The notes under the pieces: model-generated
What the model was told of the DNA's origin: nothing
What the model saw: only the letters and a program-made list of their open reading frames with translations
Database searches by the model: none
Assembly (NCBI RefSeq): GCF_001194135.2
Contig: NC_068994.1
Coordinates: 44,649,798 to 44,713,797, forward strand
Length of the DNA: 64,000 nt
DNA from: Octopus bimaculoides
Lineage: Eukaryota
Reading direction: 5' to 3'
Made by a program: the position numbers and the translations under genes
Shown here: positions 11,415 to 23,284 of the stretch, piece by piece
Position numbering within the stretch: position 1 is the stretch's first letter
How the letters are laid out: each line of letters begins with the position of its first letter

Positions 11415-11823
11415 ATTATACATACATACATACATACATGCATGCATGCATACATACACACACACATTTTATATAGTGTGCATTTTTTCGGACTTATGGA
11501 CAACTGTGTGTTTGTAAATAAATGTGTATACGTTTGTGTATGTATGTATGTGTATATATATATATATATGTATGTATATATGTGTGTGTGTATATGTGCA
11601 TGTATGTGTATATATGTGTGTATATATATATATATATATGTGCATGTATTTGTATATATGTGTATATGTGCATGTGTGTGTATATATATGTGTGTGTATG
11701 TATATATATATGTGTGTGTGTATGCGTATATATATGTGTGTGAATGTATGTATTTATTTATTTATTTATTTATGTGTTTCAGCCAAGTGGCTGCGGTCAT
11801 GCTGGTGCACCACCGTGAGGTGG

Positions 11824-11855
<32 letters not shown>

Positions 11856-11863
11856 AATGTATG

Positions 11864-11895
<32 letters not shown>

Positions 11896-11899
11896 AATG

Positions 11900-11945
<46 letters not shown>

Positions 11946-12020
11946 AATGTATGTATATATATATGTATGTGTGTAGATGTGTGTATGTAAGATTGTGCGA
12001 GCGTGTATATATAAGTGCAT
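11415..12020. repeat. Compound (TA)/(TG)/(TACA) microsatellite field with an embedded SINE-tail fragment at about 11757-11822
   Basis: Direct inspection. The embedded gtttcagccaagtggctgcggtcatgctggtgcacc also occurs reversed at about 36145-36200. Confidence 0.9.
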
Positions 12021-12610
12021 GAGTAGCTATATATGATTTACACAAACAAGCAATACCTAGTTATTTTATATGCAGTATCATCGTAGAATAGTCGAATCCA
12101 TTTAAAACATGCCGTTATATTTCACATTTTATTTTATTTTGTGATGCATTCTTTAGTAACGTCCCTTCCTTTACGATTTAAGTTCGAAGCTTGCCGAGGT
12201 CAACTTTACCTTTCATCCTTCTGGAGCTCGATAAGATCAGTGCCTATTAAGTGTTGTAGTCAATCTAATCTAATCGGTTGTACCTTTCTTTACTTCCTCT
12301 CGAAGCTGTGGCCTTGTGCCCGTGTTTGAAATTATTCAGATTCAAAAAAATATTTCATCGGTTATCTCTGACCTGAGAATTATTCCACTACATCTGTTGA
12401 AAGTCAGATGTTGGCCAGTTCTGAATAGGCCTTCTGTGTGTTGAAGGAGGGGTTTTACCTGTTACCCCCTATCCCTTGTCTTTTGTTGTTGTTTTTTTAA
12501 TATTTTTCAATTTATTTTCTTTTCTCTTTACTTACCATGTATTATAATCCCATTCGCTTCTAGGATCTTTATTGTACATCTTTTGCCCATTGTCCGACGT
12601 TAATTCTTAT

Positions 12611-13774
12611 AATCCTTTCTCCTATAGGCACAAGTCCTGGAATTTGGTGGGAAGGGGTTAGTCGATTACATCAATCCCAGTGCTCAACTGGTACTTTTTT
12701 TTATCGATCCCGAAAGGATGAAAGGCAAAGTCGATCTCGGCGGAATTTGAACTCAGAACGTAAAGACAGACAAAATACCGCTGCCCGGCGTGCTAACGAT
12801 TTCACCAGTTCGCCACCTTGTTAACTCTTATAATCGCCATTTCTTAGGAGACTGGTAGGACCAGGATGCGTGCTTAATGCCTTTACATATCATTTTGATA
12901 TAACCATTCTTTTAGCTGTGCACACTAGTAACTGCTGAGGTGAAGATAGGGTATGCAAGTTTTTCAAATTAAAGCAAATAATAATAATTCCTTCTTNNNN
13001 NNNNNNTTTGCCCATTGTCCGACGTTAATTCTTATAATCCTTTCTCCTATAGGCACAAGTCCTGGAATTTGGTGGGAAGGGGTTAGTCGATTACATCAAT
13101 CCCAGTGCTCAACTGGTACTTTTTTTTATCGATCCCGAAAGGATGAAAGGCAAAGTCGATCTTGGCAGAATTTGAACTCAGAACGTAGCGACAGACGAAA
13201 TACCACTAAGCATTTTGCCTGGCATGCTAACGATTCTGCCAGCTCGCCGCCTTAATAATAATAATAATCCTTTCTACTGTAGGCACAAGGCCTGAAATTT
13301 GGGGGTGGGGGACTAGTCAATTACATCGACCCTAGTGTTTCACTGGTACTAAATTTATCGACCCTGAAAGGATGAAAGGCAAAGTTAAACCTCGGCGGAA
13401 TTTGAACTCAGAACGTAAAGACGGGTGAAATGCCGCTAAACCTTTTTGCCCAGTTCGCTGCCTTAATAATAATAATGGTTTCAGATTTCGCCACATTTCG
13501 GGGGAGGGAACAAGTCGATTACATCGATCCCCAGTATTCAACTGGTACTTATTTTATCGACCCTGAAAGGATGACAAGTACCTTTCTACTGTAGGCACAA
13601 GGCCTGAAGTTGGTTGGGAAGGGCATAGTCGATTACATCGACCCCCAATACTTGAATGATACTTAATTTATCGATCCCGAAAGGATGAAAGGTAAAGTCG
13701 ACCTCGGCGGAATTTGAACGCAGAACATAGCGACTGGCGAAATGCTACTAAAAATTCTGCCAGCTCGTCGCCTT
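12611..13774 (-). mobile_element. Array of five family B SINEs (tRNA-derived, ATT tail), all on the minus strand
   Basis: Copies at about 12611-12820, 13037-13253, 13268-13463, 13476-13580 (partial) and 13581-13774. They share cgaaaggatgaaaggcaaagtcgacctcggcggaatttgaactcagaacg. On the sense strand the A-box is tggcagaatcg and the B-box gttcaaattc. The central gcctttcatcctttcggggtcgataaa motif resembles the Meta-SINE domain (from memory). Confidence 0.85.
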
Positions 13775-14706
13775 AATTAATTAAGCAAAACAATAAAACC
13801 AGAATATTAGTTTGTTTTTGTTTCGTTTTTTGGTTTTTTTTTTCATTTTGTAAGTTTTTCTTTCAATTTTAGGATTTAATTTTTTAAATTCTTCTGAATT
13901 TTCTTTATCAAAGTGCCATCTGGCTTATTTTACGAGATGGGAAACGGAGGTACAGAGATGCTGTTCAGTCTCATGTTTCATTATAGTTTTATACCTCCTG
14001 CTAAAAGAAAAGGGTAGTTTTTTTTTGGGGGGGGGGGGGNNNNNNNNNNNNNNNNNNNNNNNNNNNNNNNNNNNNNNNNNNNNNNNNNNNNNNNNNNNNN
14101 NNNNNNNNNNNNNNNNNNNNNNNNNNNNNNNNNNNNNNNNNNNNNNNNNNNNNNNNNNNNNNNNNNNNNNNNNNNNNNNNNNNNNNNNNNNNNNNNNNNN
14201 NNNNNNNNNNNNNNNNNNNNNNNNNNNNNNNNNNNNNNNNNNNNNNNNNNNNNNNNNNNNNNNNNNNNNNNNNNNNNNNNNNNNNNNNNNNNNNNNNNNN
14301 NNNNNNNNNNNNNNNNNNNNNNNNNNNNNNNNNNTTTTTAGTATTCTTACCTTTCATACAACAGGAAATGCCAATCTTTCAGAGAAAGTATATCAAATCT
14401 GAAAGTATTCGGTAATTTCCGTAGAAAAACAAAAAAACTTTTATTTCCTTAATTATTTGTTTTCAGCTGAATCGCTTACGTTTATGTATTTTTGTGTATA
14501 CAAGTGTATGTATGTGTTTATGTAAATGTATGTATATTTGTATGTGTTTGCACATAAACACATACATATACAAAAAATATATAAACATGAGAAATTAAGC
14601 TGATAGAATATTAAAGTAATAAAAAAGAAAACAAATTGCCGAAACAAGTACTTTCAGTTTTGATTTACTCCGAAGGATCGCCCAAGAAATTATGATTCTA
14701 TAACTG

Positions 14707-15003
14707 ACACTCCGTCGGTTGCGACGACGAGGGTTCCAGTTGATCCGATCAACGGAAAAGCCTGCTCGTGAAATTAACGTGCAAGTGGCTGAGCACTCCA
14801 CAAAGACACGTGCCCTTAACATAGTTCTCAGGGAGATTCAGCATGACACAGAGTGTGACAAGGCTGGCCCTTTGAAATACAAGTACAACTCATTTTTGCC
14901 AGCTAGATGCATATAAAGTATCTTGCTTAAGGACACATTGCGCCGCTGGGAATCGAACTCACGACTTTACGATCGTGAGTCGATTACCCTAACCACTAAG
15001 CCC
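14707..15003 (-). mobile_element. Hybrid SINE: family F head joined to family A 3' body
   Basis: 14707-14880 matches the family A 3' half. 14880-15003 matches the family F head and central domain (compare 27776-27915) rather than the family A middle. Confidence 0.7.
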
Positions 15004-15875
15004 GCTTTTTATTGTCTTCTTTTCCTATACGGTTTGGGACTTCGAAGGAGAGCTTATTTTTAAAACGCCACCAAATTAAACATGTATTCATTTTTAGTCA
15101 TACATAAACCCCCAAACACGCGCAAATATGTGTGTATGTGTGTGTAAATTAAAATGACAAGGGAATAAGAAATTGTCATAAACGTCAATAGCTTACTGAT
15201 GTTTCTGCTATGAAATGCAATCCAGTTGAGTGCTTGCGAATTACCCTATAACTTCATCGGAGCTTTAAAAATGAAGTGCAACTTTGAGTGATAACTTCTT
15301 ATTCCTTTGTCATTTTAGTTTCTTATTACTGCTCTGCACTCGACTGACATTTTGTTCTGAAAAATATGTATATTGAATTCTAACACCAGGTTATGAGTAC
15401 CGCCATGCCTAAGCGAAAGAACAATTAATAATTCATTCTTTTATTGGCCACAAGGGCTAATATAAATAAACATAAAGGACATACAATTATATTAAAAGAC
15501 AAAAACCGAACGATACAATGGGTTTTGACGTTCGTGTACACAGTAAATAAGAGTTAAAAATTAAACAAGTAAAACTCCCGTGTGTCGGTGGGGGCACATT
15601 TGTGTAGGTATGCCACATATGAGAGAACTACACGACTATTATCGATGCTCGAGATAACCATGATGATGGCTCGATAGGTAGTCTCGATGTTGACACGAGA
15701 TCCACTGGTCCTAAATGACAATGCTTCATACTAGTCAGTGGATCAGTTTGCTTACAGGAATACGAATCTAGCAATATTCCTTGGCACTGAACGGTGCAGC
15801 GCCTCTACGCTTTATTTGATGTATCTTGTCCTCCTTTAAGTTGATGTGCTTTTCCAATGTACCTAAAACAGTCGA

Positions 15876-15956
15876 AGGTAAAGAATACGCTCACCCAGTG
15901 TTTAGGGTTAGGGTTTTTGTTACACCGAAGACGAGTGGTGTGCGTATTCTTTACCT
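15876..15956. repeat. 20-bp inverted repeat (1 mismatch) enclosing a TTAGGG-containing 41-nt spacer
   Basis: aggtaaagaatacgctcacc (15876-15895) / ggtgtgcgtattctttacct (15937-15956). Confidence 0.8.
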
Positions 15957-18007
15957 CAGCCCCTAAAACATTCACCTCAGTGAATGTTATAATTACAATA
16001 TTGTATCAGTAAAACGTTGTTCTTTATATATTTTGTTGTGTCCAGGGAGAGTCGCTACGCATAAACAAAAGCGAAATTATTTATATACTACTTTATAATG
16101 ATATATAAACTAAGTCTTAAGTGAACAAAACGAGATAGGTGCTTGTGTGTGTTAAATTGCTGTACTTGTTCTGTATACTTTGTATTATACAGACTTAAAA
16201 AAGTGTATATAACGGTGTATTTATATATGTATGTATGTGTGCGTGTGTTCTTCAACAGCCCTCCTTATTTCACGTAATTGTTTGAGCTCACAATCAAGTG
16301 ACTTAATCAAACAAATACTATTCTGAATTTTTATTTTATAATTCCCATTGGAAATGAGGTTCAGCTAAATTTTTATGCACATTTCAAATGCAAAATATAA
16401 AATTAATTTATGATTTTCTTAATTTTTTCTTAATGAACTTCTTTAGTGCGTAGTTGTCTAAACACTTTGTCTTAATATTATTTGTATATGTTTTTAGCTA
16501 AGCTCATTTTCATGTTTATTATCCCAAATATTTCATCGAATATTTTTTTTGTTGTTTTCTTTATAAATAATTAATCCTCATAAATTTAAATTGCGACTGA
16601 TTTTTATATAGTAGAAACTAATTAAAATATTATATTATGCATTGATCTAGGTTCAAACAAAAAGAAATCATGAAAGAACTTCAGTGTATAAGTTGTTTAG
16701 CCCAAAGTCAATCGTGATCGAGCAATAATCAAAAGTTGTCTAGGCATGGCCATCCTGTCTTTAGGGAGTATATGTAGGACTACCTTCTCAGATGTGTCCG
16801 TTATCTAAGAAGTGCTGCTGCGTCTTCAAGTTAACTTGGCGATAGGCACCAGTTGTTTACGCTACTACTATCCTGATATTGGTCTTTATATACAATTATT
16901 AGGTTTTGAGTTTTAAAATATATTATTTGTATATTGATCTCACAGTATAAATAGATATATTTTTGACCTGTGTTTACTATTTTATAGTGCTAGTCGTTAC
17001 AATTCTTCCCTAATGAATGTCAATGTCGCTAACTGCTGCTAGGTGTTTGTATTTTTTCTTCAACTAAGTTGAAAATTTTAATTAATTTGCAATTTTTGTG
17101 GCATTCAGTACATCACCGTTTGACTTAATTATTCAAATTTGTGTCATTGGTTCGTTTGAGTTACTTCTAAGCCTCATTTTAATTAAATTTTAGCGTAGTC
17201 CAAGAGCATGTCGAAGTATGAGAACGTGAAGAATCGCTCTCAACCTTATTTTAATATATCATACAAGTTTGTCACTAAGTCATTCCAGAAAAAAAAAAAC
17301 GCATTCACAATTTAACGAAAAGAACTGTTTATCTTATAACTTAGAATTATTTATTCAATGTAAACACGTTACAATTTCAAGAAAATGCTTACGATATAAC
17401 TTTTCATACACAGATGGAGATTTATTCAATTAAAATATCAGCAGAAGTTGAGTATTATTTATACAGGCATCTGAATCTTTGCTGTTGTCGGGAAAAGAAT
17501 TTCTAACAAAATGTTAAAACCCGCTTTCATGCACGCCAAAGGTCAGAGAGTGACAAAATATGAGATTTCAGTTCTGCCATTTAGTCAAATTTTAACTATA
17601 GCGGGACCAAATAAAATATAAATAGCATTGGGGTAGAAGATATTGTATTTCCTAACGTTTGTACCATCATTGAGTGCAAGTTTTGTATATGGACACTGAC
17701 AGTCACGCAGTTAAAAAGTTCACTTTGCAGCTACATGATTTTGGGTTTGATCCTTCTGTAAGACACTTTGGACAAATATTTTCTACCATTACTTTAGGCC
17801 AGTCATGAGCAAACAGCAATCCACAAGACTTTCTGAATGGCACACTTGTCAAAAAATTACCTTGAATTATTTTTCGTAATGTAGCTTGCCCGATTATGAG
17901 TCATGTCTTATGCAGCCCACTTCTCAAAAAAATTTTTAAAAACAAAAGTTCTGTCATTTGAAACCCTCAACATTTGACATTCACTGAAGTTTTACAAAGC
18001 TCAGGTG

Positions 18008-18425
18008 AAACTCGCAATACAGTATTGTTCCCATGTTTGGGACAATTGTGTCGTACCCATACCACCATGGAGTATATCTAGAGTAAGGCCTTTTGATCAA
18101 TTGATGTAAAGTCACTCACAGACATTCTCCAGTCTCCGATCCACATGCCTATTGTTTCCTCTCTCTTTGTACACCTATTACAATGGCCTCTGCTTCTCGG
18201 ATCGAAGTGTTCTCTTGTACCACCTCTATTCAAGCATTCCTGACTTATTCATTTCACTTCCTTTTATCACCCAAGTTGTTTCCACCTCCTAGGCCCTGTA
18301 CTAATCATTGCCCCCAATCCTTTCTTGTGTCAACCTGTAACAGTTTCAGTGGAATGTTAATGGTATCAACCTCACCTGTCTCAGAGCACCTGCAAAGGTC
18401 AAGGACACTACTTTTCTCTATATCC
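18008..18425 (+). mobile_element. Degenerate 3' end of a CR1/L2/Jockey-group LINE
   Basis: LAIQYCSHVWDN, LYTYYNGLCFS and NHCPQSFL motifs in shifting frames, matching EYCSHVW / FYRYYNGLCS / N.Y..SF of this group. Confidence 0.55.
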
Positions 18426-19289
18426 AGCAAGTAAGAGATGGAAACTATATGGAAGCATGTCACCTGTTCTTTAGTGGTCAACTTAACCTATCACTCATTT
18501 TAACACTGCTTGTGTACCTTTTGCAGAGTTTATTCCTTTACAGATATTTACTAGACATTCTAAAGCACTATGTAATAATGCAATGCAGAATCAGATCAGA
18601 TAAGAAAAAAATGGTTCGAAAATCTTGATAAAATTCTTCTTCCTCTAAAATCTTGATAAAATTCTTCTTCCTCTAAAATGCATGTTTTATTTGTGCAAAT
18701 GAGGTTTGTACCTATTTCAAACTTAGGATCAAACAAAGCTGTTACAAATCAGCTGTTGTGAAAGATAACATAGTATAATTGATCTGATTAATGATATAAA
18801 ATATGTCAGTTTCTTACATCTTTGACCTTGTCTTGTCCAGGCACTTCCCACATGGATTGCTTGTCATTTCATCCAAATTGTTCAGCTTTATATGCAACAC
18901 ATCTCTAATTCAATGAATGCATATCTTTCACAAAGCCCTTCCAACATGTTTCATTTTACTTTTGTAATTCAAAAGAGTCTGTCTGATAGATCCCACTCTT
19001 TTTTTCATATAAAACAAAACAGTTTGGGAAAGAAATTTCTAGTAATCCAATTAAAGATATTTGGCCTTCATACATCATCTCCAGTCAAAATCTCTTTGGA
19101 TTGTAAAATGCTATTAGCTTTTCTTTTATACACACACACACACACACATGCACAGAGTTGAACCTTGATTTACAAATTTGATTTGTTCCTGTAGGCCATT
19201 CATTTTGTAAACCAGAACTATTTTTCTCATAGAAAATTCAAGAGAAGGCATGGTGAATTCAAGCACATAAAAAGCACCACTCAAGCATG

Positions 19290-19620
19290 ATTGTTACCAG
19301 CGTCACCTTACTGGCACTTGTGCCGGTGGTACATGAAAAACAACATTCGAGGGAGGGCGTTGCCAGTGCTGATGGGCTGGTTCTTGTGCAGGTGACACGT
19401 AAAAACACCATTTGAGCGTGGCTGTTGCCAGTACCCTTGACTGACGCGTAAAAGCACCCACTACACTCGGGGTGGTTGGCGTTAGGAAGGGCATCCAGCT
19501 GTAGAAACTCTGTCAGATCAGATTGGAGCCTGGTGCAGCCATCTGGTTTGCCAGTCCTCAGTCAAATCATCCAACCCATGCTAGCATGGAAAGTGGACGT
19601 TAAACAATGATGATGATGAT
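19290..19620 (+). mobile_element. Family D retroposon (RTE-type 3' end, GAT tail, internal ~65-bp repeats)
   Basis: ggttggcgttaggaagggcatccagctgtagaaac...ccaacccatgctagcatggaaagtggacgttaaacaatgatgatgatg; other copies at 31114-31612 and 51715-51940. Confidence 0.8.
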
Positions 19621-19749
19621 ATATTTAGTCAAAGCACATAATTCTAGGTATAATCGCCCCAACACACCAATCGAGAGGGAATTCTCTTTATTGCTGTCTA
19701 TATTTATTTTATATATGCGTGTGTGTGTGTGTGTGTTTTATATATGCAT

Positions 19750-19909
19750 GAGTGGCTGTGTGGTAAGTAGCTTGCTTACCAACCACATGGTTCTGGGTTC
19801 ATTCCCACTGCGTGGCACCTTGGGCAAGTGTCTTCTACTATAGCCTCAGGCCAACCAAAGCCTTGTGAGTGGATTTGGTAGACGGAAACTGAAAGAAGCC
19901 CGTCGTATG

Positions 19910-19943
<34 letters not shown>
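19750..19943 (+). mobile_element. Family C SINE head (tRNA plus CORE-like caccttgggcaagtg) followed by a TA microsatellite
   Basis: tggctgtgtggtaag A-box, gggttcattccc B-box and CORE-like domain; many copies in the window. Confidence 0.8.
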
Positions 19944-20167
19944 NNNNNNNNNNNNNNNNNNNNNNNNNNNNNNNNNNNNNNNNNNNNNNNNNNNNNNNNN
20001 NNNNNNNNNNNNNNNNNNNNNNNNNNNNNNNNNNNNNNNNNNNNNNNNNNNNNNNNNNNNNNNNNNNNNNNNNNNNNNNNNNNNNNNNNNNNNNNNNNNN
20101 NNNNNNNNNNNNNNNNNNNNNNNNNNNNNNNNNNNNNNNNNNNNNNNNNNNNNNNNNNNNNNNNNNN

Positions 20168-20241
<74 letters not shown>

Positions 20242-21074
20242 TGAACTCCAAGCACAAATAATGAAATTTCTATCATAGTTTGAATGAAAATAAATATAAA
20301 TATAGATATTACGGTCTTATTAATTTTCTAAAAACCAATAAATGGTTTGCCATGATTTTTTAAAAAACTAATTTGTTTCATCCTGTAAGATATTGATATC
20401 CTTTATATATAATTTGAAATGTTTACTATTTTGTGGGTTAAATTAATAAAACTGTACCAGGGACATCTTAACCTTTGTCCAGAATGATTAAGATGTCCTT
20501 AGTACAGTTAGTACTCAGTACATTCTCTAAAGAGAATTGGGAGGAGTATCTGGCCATACATTACCAAATATGGAACTTATAAGTAAGATATAGTCCTCCA
20601 ACTCATCAAGAAGACTAGTAACTCTGAGTATGAACCGACTTGAATTGTGGCAACCTGTCTAGCTCCTGCCAGTACAGAGAGTGGATATAAAATGATGTAT
20701 TGATTTCAGTATTTTTGGTATACTTATGAATAGCCTTACGCATATTTAGACAAGATATTGATATTTAGGAAGATTGTTGTAATTCAGAAAGGATAAAATT
20801 AAAATCTTTATAAAACTGATTTTTTTTTTTCTGTCTTTCCAGTGAATAAAGTTTTCAAGCTCTGAAAATGAATGCCTCAAGGATGTGAATAGCCAAAGCA
20901 ACACCACTGCCACCAACACCATCAACCATAATAATAACAGAAATTTGAAAGAACATCCATTGACTGCTATATAGCTGTTTACTGCTGAAGGTTGTCTTTT
21001 AAATTTCAAAAAAATTCACTTGATTTTACACGTTTCATTTATAAAGAAGTGTTTTTTCTTATCTAAAACTAAAA

Positions 21075-21096
21075 TTTTTAAAATGGTTTCACACAG
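21075..21096 (+). promoter_or_regulatory. Probable 3' splice acceptor for the ZNF-A coding exon
   Basis: tttttaaaatggtttcacacAG at 21095-21096, then an in-frame TAA (21102-21104) before ATG 21126, so an upstream exon using this site would be non-coding. Confidence 0.55.
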
Positions 21097-21125
21097 TTGA
21101 ATAAAAACTACAAAAAATTGTGACA

Positions 21126-22967
21126 ATGTCCTCTGAAACTTTTCATAATTCAAGGAAAGAGAAGGAAGCTTGTTATGGTTTCAAGACAAATATGGCTGAT
21201 AAACAATTTCACAGTAATATGTATGACATGCAGTTTCCACAAAGCTGTGGACTACAACCTGCTGGATCAGGTCCATTAAATGAAAAATCATTTCCTTGGG
21301 TTAGTTATAGTGCAGCAAGCAGTAAGCAACCACAGTTTCCAATGAATGGTAAAAGTATGCCCGATATAGAGCATTCTCACAGTAAACAACAAACAGCTGC
21401 TCCACAACATTCCCCTGACGTACCACCACCACAACAACAACAACATCCATCTTCTCAGCCACAATGTCCATCTTCTCAGCCACAATGTCCATCTTCTCAG
21501 CCACAATGTCCATCTTCTCAGCCACAATGTCCGTCTTCTCAGCCACAATGTCCATCCTCTCAACCACAACATCCAACTTCTCAACCGCAACATCAATCAA
21601 AAGGAGCTTCCACAACTGAAAAACCATTTCATTGTGATTTGTGTGAAAGTAAATTTGCCAGGCGCGAAACACTCGTTTCTCATCGAAGAACCCACACTGG
21701 AGAAAAACCTTACACTTGTGAAGTCTGTCATAAGCAATTTGCCAGACGCGATACATTGCAGTCACACAGAAGGACACACACTGGAGAAAAGCCATTTCGA
21801 TGTGATTTTTGTAGAGAACAATTTGCTCGTAGAGATACTTTACAATCTCATCGTCGGACACACACTGGTGAAAAACCATTCGTTTGTGAAATTTGTCGAC
21901 GCCAGTTTGCTCAGAGAGATGCATTGCAGTGTCATAAAAGAACACATACAGGAGAGAAACCATTTCGATGTGATCTTTGTGTTGAACGATTTGCTCGAAG
22001 GGACACGCTTCTATCTCACAAAAGAACACATACTGGTGAAAAACCATATTGTTGTGATGTTTGCCCAAAGCGCTTTGCTCAGAGAGATACTCTCCAGTGT
22101 CACAAGAGAACTCACACTGGAGAAAAACCATTCAGTTGTGATCATTGCCCCAAGAGTTTTTCTCAGCGAGACACCTTGCAGTGCCATCGAAGGATTCATA
22201 CAGGTGAGAAACCATTCCACTGTGACTTGTGTGGTCAGAGATTTGCCCGGAGGGATACACTCCAATGTCACAGACGTACTCACACTGGCGAAAAGCCATA
22301 TCATTGCGACGTGTGTCCTAAACAGTTTTCGCAGCGAGATACACTTCAGTGCCACAAAAGAACACACACTGGAGAAAAACCTTTCCATTGTGACATCTGC
22401 GGAGACCAGTTTGCCCGGCGAGATACTTTGAAATGTCACATGCGCCGACACACTGGGGAGAGGCCGTTTCAGTGTGAAGTGTGTGCAGAACGATTTGCTC
22501 GTAAAGATACCCTTTGCTGTCACAAGCGGACTCACACATGTGAAAAGCCATTTCATTGTGAATACTGCATTCAACAGTTTGCACGGCGAGACACATTACA
22601 AACCCATACACGCACACACACTGGGGAGAAACCTTATCAGTGTGGCATATGTGGGAAGCAGTTTGCTCGTACTGATGAGTTTGCGCGTCACAAAAGAACA
22701 CACGGTACGGTACCCACTACACACAACACTGTTATCACGCCAATAACAACGCCTCCTCCTCCTCCACCGCCGCCACCAATAACAACAACTACGACCACTA
22801 CCACCACCACCACAAACCAACATCAAATCAACAGAAAACATAGCCACCCGCATTGTTCTGCAGCTACATTTATGCAAAACAATTTCATCCGAACACCAAA
22901 CTGTGACAATACCAACAAAAGATACACTCCAGTTAGTAACTACATGTGGCAAGCTGTCTATATATAA
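21126..22967 (+). CDS. C2H2 zinc-finger protein ZNF-A, 613 aa, 13 tandem fingers, N-terminal PSSQPQC heptad repeats, C-terminal poly-Pro/poly-Thr
   Basis: Open frame with 13 CxxC-x12-HxxxH units and TGEKP-type linkers; first ATG at 21126 (the track start at 21120 is GTG), TAA at 22965-22967. Confidence 0.95.
   Translation: MSSETFHNSRKEKEACYGFKTNMADKQFHSNMYDMQFPQSCGLQPAGSGPLNEKSFPWVSYSAASSKQPQFPMNGKSMPDIEHSHSKQQTAAPQHSPDVPPPQQQQHPSSQPQCPSSQPQCPSSQPQCPSSQPQCPSSQPQCPSSQPQHPTSQPQHQSKGASTTEKPFHCDLCESKFARRETLVSHRRTHTGEKPYTCEVCHKQFARRDTLQSHRRTHTGEKPFRCDFCREQFARRDTLQSHRRTHTGEKPFVCEICRRQFAQRDALQCHKRTHTGEKPFRCDLCVERFARRDTLLSHKRTHTGEKPYCCDVCPKRFAQRDTLQCHKRTHTGEKPFSCDHCPKSFSQRDTLQCHRRIHTGEKPFHCDLCGQRFARRDTLQCHRRTHTGEKPYHCDVCPKQFSQRDTLQCHKRTHTGEKPFHCDICGDQFARRDTLKCHMRRHTGERPFQCEVCAERFARKDTLCCHKRTHTCEKPFHCEYCIQQFARRDTLQTHTRTHTGEKPYQCGICGKQFARTDEFARHKRTHGTVPTTHNTVITPITTPPPPPPPPPITTTTTTTTTTTNQHQINRKHSHPHCSAATFMQNNFIRTPNCDNTNKRYTPVSNYMWQAVYI
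21447..21593 (+). repeat. Coding 21-bp tandem repeat x7 (PSSQPQC x5, PSSQPQH, PTSQPQH)
   Basis: ccatcttctcagccacaatgt repeated from 21447; units 1-4 are identical. Confidence 0.95.
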
Positions 22968-23284
22968 CATTGACATGAGAACACAGTTTGGGTTTGGTTT
23001 AATCTCAATTACTTTATAAGGAACTCAAGCTGGGTGTGTTTATTTCTCACACTTTGCTTCATCATTACTAATGAATTTGTAGAAATCTATCTTCCTACAG
23101 GTATTAATTATGTAGTTTCTAATGACAAGTTTAGTTGTAATTCTAATTTGAATTTTTACTGAAAATATTTACTGATCTAGACATTTTGTACTTTGTCCGG
23201 ATATTTTTCAATCCTAATTAGACAAAAACAAAAACTATTCAAACATCCTTTACTGTTGCTTCCATTAAATATTTAGTTTCTCAT

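Noticed and set aside
11442-12045. Long YIYI/VCVC/HTHT ORFs (also 38616-39311, 60310-60665, 61778-62531)
   Set aside because: Dinucleotide microsatellite translations.
12581-13186. About 150-bp identical duplication (12581 and 13007) including non-SINE flank
   Set aside because: The second copy starts right after a 9-N gap, so it is probably a contig-overlap or haplotype artefact. It diverges further on, so a real duplication is not excluded; long reads are needed.
20843-20975. Exon-like segment after a strong acceptor (ag at 20841-20842) with a short Asn/Thr-rich frame
   Set aside because: The frame opens with TGA and ends in TAG, and no convincing donor follows; at most an alternative 5' UTR acceptor of ZNF-A.
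21288-22976. Antisense and alternative-frame ORFs overlapping the ZNF genes (e.g. 21301-22131 minus, 21634-22431 plus, 33319-34065)
   Set aside because: Expected shadows of repetitive zinc-finger and 21-bp repeat coding sequence; no independent domain signal.
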